Shown one piece after another: positions 1 to 8,885 of a stretch of DNA of 64,000 nt. Each line of letters begins with the position of its first letter. The stretch's first letter is position 1. Below the pieces are notes generated by a model, which had not been told where the DNA came from, searched no databases, and was given only the letters and a program-made list of their open reading frames with translations. The DNA is from Lachnospiraceae bacterium (GTDB taxonomy: Bacteria > Bacillota > Clostridia > Lachnospirales > Lachnospiraceae): contig JAAWBG010000036.1 in the NCBI GenBank assembly GCA_022792535.1, positions 7,031 through 71,030 on the forward strand. The letters run 5' to 3'. The translations under genes and the position numbers were made by a program.

Positions 1-1142
1 CCATATTCCAGGTCGCTAAGGTGAATTCCCTGTTCTGTGGGAATGATAGCGTGATGATCAGAAACTTTTTTATCATTTACAAAGGATGGATTTCCCTTTA
101 TCGGCGTTTTCAGCAATTTGCCGCAGATAGGAGCGTAATTTCCTGTCCGGCAGGCTTTTACCCGCTCCGGCAGCGTATCCACAATATCCTGGGTCAAATA
201 TCTGGAATCTGTCCGTGGATAAGTCACCACTTTATAATGTTCATACAAACGCTGCATATAATTCAAGGTCTGTTTGGCTGAAAAACCAAACATTCGATTG
301 GCGTCCTGCTGCAGAGACGTCAGATCATACAGCTGCGGCGCATAAGATTTCTGCTGCTTCCTTTTAATCTCTTCCACCACTCCTTCTGCGTTTTCTGTTA
401 TCTGTTGTACTCTTTTGATCTCTTCCTGAGAATACGTGGTGGTACCGCCGCCTTTTCCCCTCCAGCTCCAGAAAATATGATTTCCCTTTATTTTAAATCC
501 ATAATATGTTTTGGGCTGAAAAGCTTTGATCTGTTCTTCACGTTTTGCAATCATGGCAAGGGTAGGCGTCTGTACCCTTCCGCAGGACAGCTGTGCATTG
601 TGCTTTACCGTCAAAGCTCTGGTAGCGTTCAGTCCTACCAGCCAGTCTGCCTCTGCCCGCGCCACTGCCGCCTCATACAATTTCTGATATTCTTTTGCAT
701 CTTTCAAATGGGCAAATCCCTGGCGGATAGCCTGGTCTGTCACCGAAGAGATCCACAACCGCTTCATAGGCTTTCGAACTCCAGCTTTCTTTATAATCCA
801 TCGCGCCACCAGTTCTCCTTCCCGTCCGGCGTCTGTGGCAATGATAATAGCGCCAATATCTTTTCGGTACATCTGAGTCTTTACAGTCTGATACTGTTTT
901 CCCGTCTTCTTGATCACCTGAATTTCCAGTTTTTCCGGCAGCATAGGCAGGGTTTCCATTTTCCAAACCTTCCACTGATCCCCGTAACTTTCTGGATCAG
1001 ACAGTTCCACCAAATGTCCCAGGGCCCAGGTCACCACATAATCTTTTCCCTCCAAAAATCCATTGCCTCCTTGTCTGCATCCCAAAACTCTGGCAATGTC
1101 TCTTCCCACACTTGGCTTTTCTGCTATCACTAAGGACTTCAT
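1..1142 (-). CDS. topB: DNA topoisomerase III, 5' part (runs off the left edge; missing from the ORF track)
   Basis: Manual translation from ATG at 1142: [21 protein letters not shown]...VTWALGHLV...[18 protein letters not shown]...[10 protein letters not shown]...[17 protein letters not shown]...[12 protein letters not shown]. These are Toprim and type IA topoisomerase motifs. The start overlaps the upstream stop (ATGA). Confidence 0.93.
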   Translation of the reverse strand, partial: MKSLVIAEKPSVGRDIARVLGCRQGGNGFLEGKDYVVTWALGHLVELSDPESYGDQWKVWKMETLPMLPEKLEIQVIKKTGKQYQTVKTQMYRKDIGAIIIATDAGREGELVARWIIKKAGVRKPMKRLWISSVTDQAIRQGFAHLKDAKEYQKLYEAAVARAEADWLVGLNATRALTVKHNAQLSCGRVQTPTLAMIAKREEQIKAFQPKTYYGFKIKGNHIFWSWRGKGGGTTTYSQEEIKRVQQITENAEGVVEEIKRKQQKSYAPQLYDLTSLQQDANRMFGFSAKQTLNYMQRLYEHYKVVTYPRTDSRYLTQDIVDTLPERVKACRTGNYAPICGKLLKTPIKGNPSFVNDKKVSDHHAIIPTEQGIHLSDLEY

Positions 1143-1825
1143 ATCGTTTTCCTTTCTAATTTTCTAGTTCCCCGGCATCTTGGATAATTACTGCATCCAT
1201 AGAATTCTCCATAAGTTCCTCTGCGCTTTACCATTTCTGATCCACATTTGGGACAGAGAATATCCGGCCGGTCTTTTTTCATTTTCTGCATGATCTTTCC
1301 CAGCTCTTCATAACATTTCTGATTCATCACACAATCGTTCAGGGCCCGGTGGGCTCCTTCTGTACTGATCTGAAAGTATTCTGATATATCTGTCAGCTTA
1401 TAATGAGAAAGTTTAGGAAGACATTCTCTGGCCATATAAAGGGTGTCTATATAGTCGTTCTCAATCTCTTTTTCCAGAGCATTCCTAGCGCCATTACAGA
1501 TAAAATGCATGTCAAAGGTATGTATATTGTGCCCTACTAATATATCATCTCCGATAAAATCCAAAAATCCGTTGAGGGCTTGTTCCAGATCTGGAGCCTC
1601 TTTCACCATCTGATCAGTAATGCCATTGACTGCTGTGGCCCCGGCTGGAATATGCCTTCCTGGATTCACCAAGGTGCTGTACTCCTGGTCAATCTGATGG
1701 TTTCTGACTCTGATTGCTGATATTTCTATAATTTCATCTAAATCTCTGTGAATTCCTGTAGTTTCTAAATCAAACACCACATAATCCGCCACATACCGAT
1801 TCAGACGTCTTCTTTTGTTCTCCAT
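1139..1825 (-). CDS. DEDDh 3'-5' exonuclease (DnaQ/PolC-exo-like) with C-terminal topoisomerase-type C4 zinc ribbon
   Basis: ExoI FDLETTG, Exo[10 protein letters not shown], ExoIII HRALNDC; C-terminal [25 protein letters not shown]. Confidence 0.88.
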   Translation of the reverse strand: MENKRRRLNRYVADYVVFDLETTGIHRDLDEIIEISAIRVRNHQIDQEYSTLVNPGRHIPAGATAVNGITDQMVKEAPDLEQALNGFLDFIGDDILVGHNIHTFDMHFICNGARNALEKEIENDYIDTLYMARECLPKLSHYKLTDISEYFQISTEGAHRALNDCVMNQKCYEELGKIMQKMKKDRPDILCPKCGSEMVKRRGTYGEFYGCSNYPRCRGTRKLERKTI

Positions 1826-1885
1826 CCTCTTAATTCCTTCCCTCTATGTATGTTTCTGCCTGCACAAGAGCAAAATTCTCCATTA

Positions 1886-3367
1886 TTACGGCTGCCTTTC
1901 GCTCTGTAATTTCTGGGCTTCTGCATTTAATTCTTCTACCATATCAGTCACAGAATCCACCATGTTGGAATTTTTCTCACATGCATCGTAAGTTTCATTG
2001 GCATGGGCTGAAACTTCCTCTGTAATGGCAGAAATGGTCTGAATATTCTCTACAATGTCTGCATTTGCTTTCTCTAATTCATCCACAATAGACATCAATT
2101 CTTTTGTCTGATATCCCACATTTTCTGTTCCCTGTGTAATTACCATAAAATTATCTGTGACAACCTGCGTAATCTCCTGGTTCGCCTTATTACTCTCTGT
2201 CACCACATCCACTGCAGCCGAGACCTCCATAAGTTCCTGGTCAATGTGCCCAATCAGTTCTGTAATATTCACCGTTGCAGATTTGGTTTGGCCGGCAAGC
2301 TCTGAAATCTGGCTGGCCACCACTGCAAAGCCTTTCCCGGACTCTCCTGCATGTGCAGCCTCAATACTTGCATTCAGAGCAAGCATACTTGTACTGCTTG
2401 TAATACTGGTGATAGTCTCAATAATCGTATTCATCTGATTGGTATATTCGCTTAGTTCCTTCATCTGATTCAAGACCTGACGGTTAGCAGCCATGGAATT
2501 CTCTACCTGCTTTGACAAAGTATCCATTTGCTGTCTGCCAATTTCCACCTTATCTACGGTGGCGTCCATATTTTCTTCAATGTCGAAAGCCCTGTCTTTG
2601 ACTTTAACAATATGCTGCTGAATAATTTCTGTTCTCTGCATCTGCTGCTGTATCGCTTCTGCCGTCTCATTACTTCCAGAAGAAACCTCCCCCATATAGG
2701 TATGGATCTGTCCCATAGATTCCCCCAGCAGTTCCATTTTTTCCGATACCTCTTTGATACTCATAATCATATTCCCGGAAGCTGACAGCACATGATCCGC
2801 CAGCACATTGGCAGATTCTGTCTTCTCCTGAATCGCCTGCATTTTTACTTGGTTCACCTTCTTGACCCCTGCGGTGCTTACAACCATATAACAAGCCGAC
2901 ATCAATACCGCTGCAATTCTAATCTCCACATCCGGTATCTCCTCAGCCTTATACCCTACGGTCACTGCATCTTTGATAATGCAGCAAACATTTCCCAAAA
3001 AAGCGCCGCTGCCGATCAGTACGCAAAAGCGCACATCCATATACAGGATAATCACCATAAACATAGGAAATGCATACATGCAGGTCAGTAGGCTGTGGGT
3101 CGTAAAAATGGCAAACAAATACAAAATACCATAGCTGATTCCCATAATATGTTTGATTTTTCCGTCTTCTGGATTCTTTCTGTACAAAACATGTTCCACA
3201 ATAACCGGCCCCATACAAAGCGCCGCGAACACCCCAAAATATCCAATACTCCTGGAGCCCTTAAAAAGTTCCAGCCCGTAAGCCAGAAAAAGAATCGTTC
3301 CTATGATCGTATGTCCCAAAAGCGTTATACGATTCACATATCCCTTCTCGGAAAATTTCTCATTCAT
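1886..3367 (-). CDS. Methyl-accepting chemotaxis protein with multi-TM N-terminus
   Basis: Signalling-tip motif LALNASIEAAHAGESGKGFAVVASQISELA; several N-terminal hydrophobic segments; GGAGG RBS. Confidence 0.9.
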   Translation of the reverse strand: MNEKFSEKGYVNRITLLGHTIIGTILFLAYGLELFKGSRSIGYFGVFAALCMGPVIVEHVLYRKNPEDGKIKHIMGISYGILYLFAIFTTHSLLTCMYAFPMFMVIILYMDVRFCVLIGSGAFLGNVCCIIKDAVTVGYKAEEIPDVEIRIAAVLMSACYMVVSTAGVKKVNQVKMQAIQEKTESANVLADHVLSASGNMIMSIKEVSEKMELLGESMGQIHTYMGEVSSGSNETAEAIQQQMQRTEIIQQHIVKVKDRAFDIEENMDATVDKVEIGRQQMDTLSKQVENSMAANRQVLNQMKELSEYTNQMNTIIETITSITSSTSMLALNASIEAAHAGESGKGFAVVASQISELAGQTKSATVNITELIGHIDQELMEVSAAVDVVTESNKANQEITQVVTDNFMVITQGTENVGYQTKELMSIVDELEKANADIVENIQTISAITEEVSAHANETYDACEKNSNMVDSVTDMVEELNAEAQKLQSERQP

Positions 3368-3401
3368 TCGTATCTCCTCCTAATGCAGCCTATGTATCCT
3401 C

Positions 3402-3430
3402 AATATAGCAAAGCCCATCTTCCTTGTCAA
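3402..3430 (-). promoter_or_regulatory. Sigma-A-type promoter of the chemoreceptor gene
   Basis: TTGACA-17 nt-TATATT with TG extension on the minus strand, upstream of the RBS. Confidence 0.65.
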
Positions 3431-3563
3431 TCAAAAGCTCCTGCGAGCCGCCCGCAAGCATGCATAACGATTGATCTTTCATCTCTCTGGAAATCTGCGA
3501 AAAAACCGATTATAATAAAAATACTTAAGATATGATAAATAACAATAGAAAGGATATGATTCC

Positions 3564-4106
3564 ATGGCTGATTACCAACAACACACCCATGAATTTGAGC
3601 CTGTTTTCAACAAAAATTCCAGAATCCTGATCCTGGGCACCTTTCCTTCTGTGAAATCCAGAGAACAGCATTTTTACTATGGACATCCCCAGAACAGGTT
3701 CTGGAAAGTCTTAGCGTCTCTGACTCAGGAACCGATTCCTGTCACAATCCCTGAAAAAAAGCATCTTTTACTGAAACATCAAATTGCTGTCTGGGACGTG
3801 ATTCAAAGCTGTGAGATTGTAGGCTCCTCTGACAGCAGCATCCGCAATGTCGTTCCCGCCGACATTCCTAACATTTTAAGCCAGACTTCTATTTCCGCTG
3901 TTTTTGGCAACGGGGGCAAGGCTTGTGAACTTTATAACAAATATACTATGCCTATGTTAACAAAAGATCTCTCTCTGGCTCAGGCGTCGTCTTCTATCTA
4001 TGCCATTCATAAACTGCCTTCCACCAGCCCCGCCAACGCTGCCTGGAGTTTGGAACGCCTGATTCAGACGTGGGGACAGGAGATTCAAAAGTATCTTCTA
4101 TCATAA
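3564..4106 (+). CDS. DNA-deoxyinosine glycosylase (uracil-DNA glycosylase superfamily)
   Basis: ILGTFPSVKS..FYYGHPQNRFW, AVWDVI, LPSTSPANA motifs. Confidence 0.85.
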   Translation: MADYQQHTHEFEPVFNKNSRILILGTFPSVKSREQHFYYGHPQNRFWKVLASLTQEPIPVTIPEKKHLLLKHQIAVWDVIQSCEIVGSSDSSIRNVVPADIPNILSQTSISAVFGNGGKACELYNKYTMPMLTKDLSLAQASSSIYAIHKLPSTSPANAAWSLERLIQTWGQEIQKYLLS

Positions 4107-4113
4107 CAGTAAA

Positions 4114-4149
4114 AGGGTGCCGGGGAATTTTCAATTCTCCTGACACCCT
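4114..4149. terminator. Probable bidirectional terminator between convergent glycosylase and ribH
   Basis: Imperfect inverted repeat AGGGTGCCGGGGAATT-TTC-AATTCTCCTGACACCCT. Confidence 0.5.
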
Positions 4150-4183
4150 ATAAGTTCTTCCATTACACGAAAAAACTAAAGCA

Positions 4184-4645
4184 TTACATCTTTTTGATCA
4201 GATTGATCATCTCAATTGCAGTACATGCCGCATCGTATCCTTTATTTCCTGCTTTTGTTCCAGCCCGCTCAATGGCCTGTTCAATATTTTCTGTGGTGAC
4301 AACGCCAAAGATCACTGGTATCTCTGTCTTTAATCCTACTGCTGCCACGCCTTTGCTGACTTCTGCACATACATAGTCATAGTGCGTGGTTGCTCCTTTG
4401 ATCACTGCTCCCAGACAAATCACTGCGTCATACTCTCCGGATTCTGCCATTTTCTGTGCTGCCAGAGGAATCTCAAAAGATCCTGGCACCCATGCAAGAG
4501 TAATATCATCATCATTTACCCCATGACGGATCAGGGCGTCCTGGGCTCCGCCCACTAATTTTGCCACAATAAATTCATTAAATCTTGCTGCCACAATTCC
4601 TACTTTGACTCCGCTTGCTACTACATTTCCTTCTAATACTCTCAT
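4184..4645 (-). CDS. ribH: 6,7-dimethyl-8-ribityllumazine synthase
   Basis: [43 protein letters not shown]. Confidence 0.96.
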   Translation of the reverse strand: MRVLEGNVVASGVKVGIVAARFNEFIVAKLVGGAQDALIRHGVNDDDITLAWVPGSFEIPLAAQKMAESGEYDAVICLGAVIKGATTHYDYVCAEVSKGVAAVGLKTEIPVIFGVVTTENIEQAIERAGTKAGNKGYDAACTAIEMINLIKKM

Positions 4646-4693
4646 CTGTTTTCTCCTCTTTTCTTAGACTTATTTTTATTGCTATAGTTACAT

Positions 4694-5896
4694 TTAATAA
4701 TCTGTCATGTGCTGCATTTTGTTTTGCTTTGTCTTCAGATAAAATACATCTGTTTTTTTCGCAGGCATCTGGATCGGCACCCGCTCCTCAATGGAAATGC
4801 CATATCCTGACAATCCTGTAATCTTTTTGGGATTGTTGGTGAGCAGACGCAGTTTTTCCACTCCAAGATCATGTAAAATCTGAGCGCCGATTCCATAATC
4901 CCGCAGATCCGGCGCAAATCCAAGTTCTACATTTGCCTCCACGGTGTCGAATCCCTTTTCCTGTAATTCATAAGCTTTCAATTTATTGATCAAACCAATT
5001 CCACGGCCTTCTTGACGCATGTACAAAAGGATTCCGCGGCCTTCCTCTGCAATGGCTTTCATGGCGGCGTCTAACTGTTCTCCGCAGTCACAGCGGCCAG
5101 AGCCAAATACATCCCCAGTGAGACATTCAGAATGCACCCGGCACAGTACCGGAGCCCCGTCTGCAACATCCCCCATTACCAGGGCAACGTGATGTTCGCC
5201 ATTTAATTTATTGACATATCCATAGATCTCAAATTTTCCATATTTGGTAGGCATTTTTGCATGTGCTTCCTGCTGCACCAGACTTTCTCTATCCATACGG
5301 TAACGGACCAGATCTGCCACTGTGATCACTGTCATCTGAAACTTCTCTGCTAGTTGCAGTAAGGCTTCCGTATGCATGATAGTTCCATCTTCCTGCATAA
5401 TCTCACAGCACAGCCCGCAAGGTTTTAATCCAGCCAAAACTGCAAGATCCACCGTGGCCTCCGTATGTCCGGTACGCTTCAGCACGCCGCCTTCTCTTGC
5501 CTCCAGGGGAAACATATGGCCCGGCTTTCTGAAATCCTCCGGTTTTGCCCCGTCCCGTACTGTGGCCAAGGCTGTCTCAGAACGTTCAAAAGCAGAGATT
5601 CCTGTGTCTGTGTGAATCCCGTCAATAGACACGGTAAATGCGATCTGCTCATTGTCCATGCTTTGTTCCACCATCTGTTTCAGTCCAAGCTGCTGGCATA
5701 ATTCCCTGCCCATAGGCATACAGACCAGACCCTTTCCATGGGTCGCCATAAAATTTATATTTTCCGGCGTGGCAAATTCTGCCCCACAGATAAAATCTCC
5801 CTCGCTCTCCTTATCGGAATCCTCGATCACCATCACGATCTTTCCCTGCCGAACATCTGCAATCGCCTGTTCTACACTGTCAAACTTTTTGCTCAT
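4694..5896 (-). CDS. ribBA: Bifunctional DHBP synthase / GTP cyclohydrolase II
   Basis: GHTEA in the N-domain; [32 protein letters not shown] in the GCH II domain. Start moved to MSKKF (ATG 5896). Confidence 0.93.
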   Translation of the reverse strand: MSKKFDSVEQAIADVRQGKIVMVIEDSDKESEGDFICGAEFATPENINFMATHGKGLVCMPMGRELCQQLGLKQMVEQSMDNEQIAFTVSIDGIHTDTGISAFERSETALATVRDGAKPEDFRKPGHMFPLEAREGGVLKRTGHTEATVDLAVLAGLKPCGLCCEIMQEDGTIMHTEALLQLAEKFQMTVITVADLVRYRMDRESLVQQEAHAKMPTKYGKFEIYGYVNKLNGEHHVALVMGDVADGAPVLCRVHSECLTGDVFGSGRCDCGEQLDAAMKAIAEEGRGILLYMRQEGRGIGLINKLKAYELQEKGFDTVEANVELGFAPDLRDYGIGAQILHDLGVEKLRLLTNNPKKITGLSGYGISIEERVPIQMPAKKTDVFYLKTKQNKMQHMTDY

Positions 5897-5938
5897 TTTC
5901 TTCCCTTCCTCTCTATCCAACAATAAATTTAAGTCCCA

Positions 5939-6589
5939 TCAAAGGAATCCATGCTCTAACAAAAACCCTTCTGTGATCTTGCTGTCTGATTTCTCTTTTT
6001 TCTCGCCAGTCAGAAGCTTCTCCACATATTTTCCAATCATATCACATTCAATATTGATGGCGCTGCCAGATTTTTTATCGCTTAATGCAGTTTCTTTCCG
6101 CGTATGGGGAATCACGGACACCTGAAAATCCTGGCCGGTCACTTTTGCCACCGTAAGGCTGATTCCATCTAATGCGACAGAGCCCTTTTCCACAATATAT
6201 CTGAGCAGTTCTGGTTCTGCCCCAATAGTATACCAGACTGCATTTTCCTCCTGCTGGATTCTGGTAATGGTTCCGGTCCCATCAATATGGCCTGACACAA
6301 TATGACCATGAAACCTTCCGTCTGCCGCCATCGCCCGTTCCAAGTTCACAATTCCAGGAACCTTGATCTCCGATAAGCTGCTGCGGCGCATAGTCTCTGC
6401 CATAACATCTGCCGTAAAACTTTCTTTTCCCAAAGACGTTACCGTAAGGCAGATCCCATTGACTGCAATACTGTCTCCAATCTTGGTGCCCTCTAAAACT
6501 TTCCGGCACTGGATTTTTATCTTCGCAGAAAGAGATTCTCTTTTTATCTCGCAAATCTTTCCCGTTTCCTCTATGATTCCGGTGAACAT
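5939..6589 (-). CDS. ribE: Riboflavin synthase alpha chain
   Basis: MFTGIIEE start at 6589 with GGAGG RBS; GDSIAVNGICLTV, GHIVSGHIDG, KGSVALDGISLTV. The upstream part of track ORF 5939..7240 is a shadow of ribD. Confidence 0.95.
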   Translation of the reverse strand: MFTGIIEETGKICEIKRESLSAKIKIQCRKVLEGTKIGDSIAVNGICLTVTSLGKESFTADVMAETMRRSSLSEIKVPGIVNLERAMAADGRFHGHIVSGHIDGTGTITRIQQEENAVWYTIGAEPELLRYIVEKGSVALDGISLTVAKVTGQDFQVSVIPHTRKETALSDKKSGSAINIECDMIGKYVEKLLTGEKKEKSDSKITEGFLLEHGFL

Positions 6590-7794
6590 GTCTCTCCTCC
6601 AATCCTGCCTGTAATGCACAAATCTTCCCCATATCTGGAAAATTCTGTATGCTGAAGCATCACTGCATCTTTCATCTGCAAAATACCTGTTCCCTCCACT
6701 GGAGATTTGGCCCCTGCTCCTGCCACCAATTTTGGCGCCACAAAAGCATAGACCCGCTGGACCAGTCCCTTGGTTAAAGCAGAGGCATTCAAAGTGCCTC
6801 CTCCCTCCAGAAGAATACTGTCGATTCCCCGTTCTGCCAGCTTCTGTAAAAGTATGGAAAGATCTAACTGTCCCGATCCCTTCTTCCCTTTCTCCATGGG
6901 AATTTCCAATAAGATCACATTCTGTTTTTCCAGCTCTCTTTTCGTTTCCTCCAAAGTCTCTGTCTGTCCCTGACCTGCCGGCTGTTTCCTCCACTCTTCT
7001 GCTGACTTGGGATTCCAGGCCACAATGGTCTCTATCTGATGGGCGGATTTCACAATCTGACTGTCCAGAGGCATCCGCAGTCTGGCGTCGCACAAAATCC
7101 GCACTGGATCCCGGCCATTTTCCATCCGGCAGTTCAACATAGGGTCGTCTGCCAGCACCGTTCCAATTCCAGCCATAATGCCCCGATAGCGGTTGCGCAG
7201 ACATTGGACATAACCTCTGGCCTTGGCCCCGGTTACCCACTTGGAATCGCCGCTTTCACAGGCGATTTTTCCATCTAATGTCATGGCATACTTCATGGCC
7301 ACAAAGGGGAGTTTTTTTTCTATGTAGTAAAAAAATATCTCATTTAAGGCTCTGCATTCTTTCTCTAAAATTCCAGTTTCCACTTCAATTCCATGTTCCC
7401 GCAGAATCTCTATCCCCTTCCCTGCCACTTTAGGATTGGAATCCAAGCACCCTACATAAACTTTTCGAATCTTTTTCTCTATAATAATTTCTGTACAGGG
7501 CGGAGTCTTGCCATAGTGACAGCAAGGCTCTAAATTTACATAAAGTTCTGCTCCTGCTGTATCTTCCGGGCAGTTGAGTAAAGCGTTCCGCTCCGCATGA
7601 AATCCCCCATACTGTTCATGATACCCAGTGGAAATCACTTTTCCCTCTTTTACCACCACGCATCCTACCATGGGATTGGGCGATACTCTTCCCTCTCCGC
7701 GCCTGGCAAGCTGCAGCACCTGGCCCATATAATCTTCCGGCGTCTTTTCCCCCGCCGCATGTTTCTCTGACGTCTCTTTTTCTCTCTGCTGCAT
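6571..7794 (-). CDS. ribD: Bifunctional diaminohydroxyphosphoribosylaminopyrimidine deaminase / reductase
   Basis: NPMVGCV, HAE, LEPCCHYGKTPPC, KYAMTLDGKIA, LLEGGG. Confidence 0.95.
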   Translation of the reverse strand: MQQREKETSEKHAAGEKTPEDYMGQVLQLARRGEGRVSPNPMVGCVVVKEGKVISTGYHEQYGGFHAERNALLNCPEDTAGAELYVNLEPCCHYGKTPPCTEIIIEKKIRKVYVGCLDSNPKVAGKGIEILREHGIEVETGILEKECRALNEIFFYYIEKKLPFVAMKYAMTLDGKIACESGDSKWVTGAKARGYVQCLRNRYRGIMAGIGTVLADDPMLNCRMENGRDPVRILCDARLRMPLDSQIVKSAHQIETIVAWNPKSAEEWRKQPAGQGQTETLEETKRELEKQNVILLEIPMEKGKKGSGQLDLSILLQKLAERGIDSILLEGGGTLNASALTKGLVQRVYAFVAPKLVAGAGAKSPVEGTGILQMKDAVMLQHTEFSRYGEDLCITGRIGGETCSPES

Positions 7795-7826
7795 ATTCTT
7801 TCCTCCCTATCAGACGTGCCGCTTTT

Positions 7827-8453
7827 CTACCTTCGGTGAGCGCCCTTCAAAAATGGAGAAAGCGGTTTGTAAATTACAAGAGTGATCAGCACGCTGAAGA
7901 TTCCTTTCATAAAGGTAAAAGGTGTGTTAAATACAATCAGGCATTCCAGCATATTTTTTACCCCTGGAAAGATCATCTGATAAGCTGCCAGTATCGTTTC
8001 TTTCGGCATAAAATTGTAATACACCGGATATACGATCAGATAATTAGAAAAAATACTGATCACTCCCATCAAAAAAGCTCCTGCCACCGCCCCTGCGACA
8101 GCGCTCTTTCTGCTCTTCCATTTCTGGTATACAAGCCCTGCCGGAACCACAAAAGACGCCCCTAAGATAAAATTGGAAAGCTCTCCCACGCCTCCTGTGG
8201 TGGTCATAAACAGATGCAGCAGGTTTTTGATCAGACAGATCAGCGCGCCGCTGACTGGTCCCATCGCAAAAGCTCCCATCAGGGCCGGCAGTTCTGACAG
8301 ATCCATCTTAATAAAGGACGGCATAATCGGCACTGAAAATTCTAAAAACATCAAGACAAATGCAATAGCAGATAACATTGCCGTCATGGTCAGCTTCCAG
8401 ATATCCATCTGCTTTGTCTGTTTTCCCACTGTTGTAGTATTCATTGTACTCAT
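7827..8453 (-). CDS. ribU: ECF transporter S component, riboflavin (RibU-like)
   Basis: AMLSAIAFVLMFLEF..MDLSELPAL..GP motif, highly hydrophobic; first gene behind the FMN riboswitch. Confidence 0.85.
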   Translation of the reverse strand: MSTMNTTTVGKQTKQMDIWKLTMTAMLSAIAFVLMFLEFSVPIMPSFIKMDLSELPALMGAFAMGPVSGALICLIKNLLHLFMTTTGGVGELSNFILGASFVVPAGLVYQKWKSRKSAVAGAVAGAFLMGVISIFSNYLIVYPVYYNFMPKETILAAYQMIFPGVKNMLECLIVFNTPFTFMKGIFSVLITLVIYKPLSPFLKGAHRR

Positions 8454-8520
8454 TGTAAAACACTCCTTTTATGTTTGTATTTTCAAGGCAGAATCGGACA
8501 GGAAAGATTCATCTTCTCCC

Positions 8521-8581
8521 TACGCGCGCGCCGCCGATGCGCCGTGCAATGGCATATTTCCTCTGCATCGGCCTACGCGTA
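8521..8581 (-). repeat. GC-rich structured element in the rib leader, related to the element at 25990-26043
   Basis: TACGCG/CGCGTA and GCCGATGC/GCATCGGC stems enclosing AGAGGAAATA and a TGC-CATT-GCA hairpin. Confidence 0.55.
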
Positions 8582-8584
8582 AGA

Positions 8585-8612
8585 ATGCCCTGAATCCAAA
8601 GATTCAGGGCAT
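8585..8612 (-). terminator. Candidate expression-platform hairpin of the FMN riboswitch
   Basis: Perfect 12-bp stem ATGCCCTGAATC / GATTCAGGGCAT followed only by a short TCTT on the minus strand. Confidence 0.55.
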
Positions 8613-8664
8613 ATCACACACACAAATAATACTTTATCACATACAATCATTCTGTAAAGTACTG

Positions 8665-8810
8665 TTTCTTCTCCCATCCAGACTGTACTGTCGGTTTTGG
8701 ATTCTCACCAAATCAACCTTGCGGCTCACGGACTTGCCCTCATAGGGTATCACCGTCGGTCGGGAATTCTCCTGAATCAATATTCAAAAGTCACCCTGCC
8801 CTGAAGAACA
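8665..8810 (-). ncRNA. FMN riboswitch (RFN element) with a 22-nt insertion in L2
   Basis: Minus strand TCTTCAGGGCAGGGTGA[...]AATTCCCGACCGACGGTGA..AAGTCCGTGAGCCG..GATTTGGTGAGAATCCAAAACCGACAGTACAGTCTGGATGGGAGAAGA, upstream of the rib operon. Confidence 0.93.
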
Positions 8811-8834
8811 CTATTTATTTTTATTTCTGGGTAT

Positions 8835-8863
8835 ATTCTACTCTTCTCTTTCCTATCTGTCAA
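8835..8863 (-). promoter_or_regulatory. Sigma-A promoter of the riboswitch/rib operon
   Basis: TTGACA-17 nt-TAGAAT, about 25 nt upstream of the aptamer. Confidence 0.75.
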
Positions 8864-8885
8864 CAGGCATATTTTGTAAAATGTC

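Noticed and set aside
405-1133. Long plus-strand ORF and 673..975 minus ORF
   Set aside because: Both are shadows of topB, which the track missed because it runs off the window edge
3368-3563. c-di-GMP riboswitch upstream of the chemoreceptor
   Set aside because: No GEMM-type core found, and the promoter lies too close to the RBS to leave room
6590-7240. N-terminal 217 aa of track ORF 5939..7240 as a novel RibE fusion
   Set aside because: It overlaps ribD in another frame; RibE has its canonical MFTG start with an RBS at 6589
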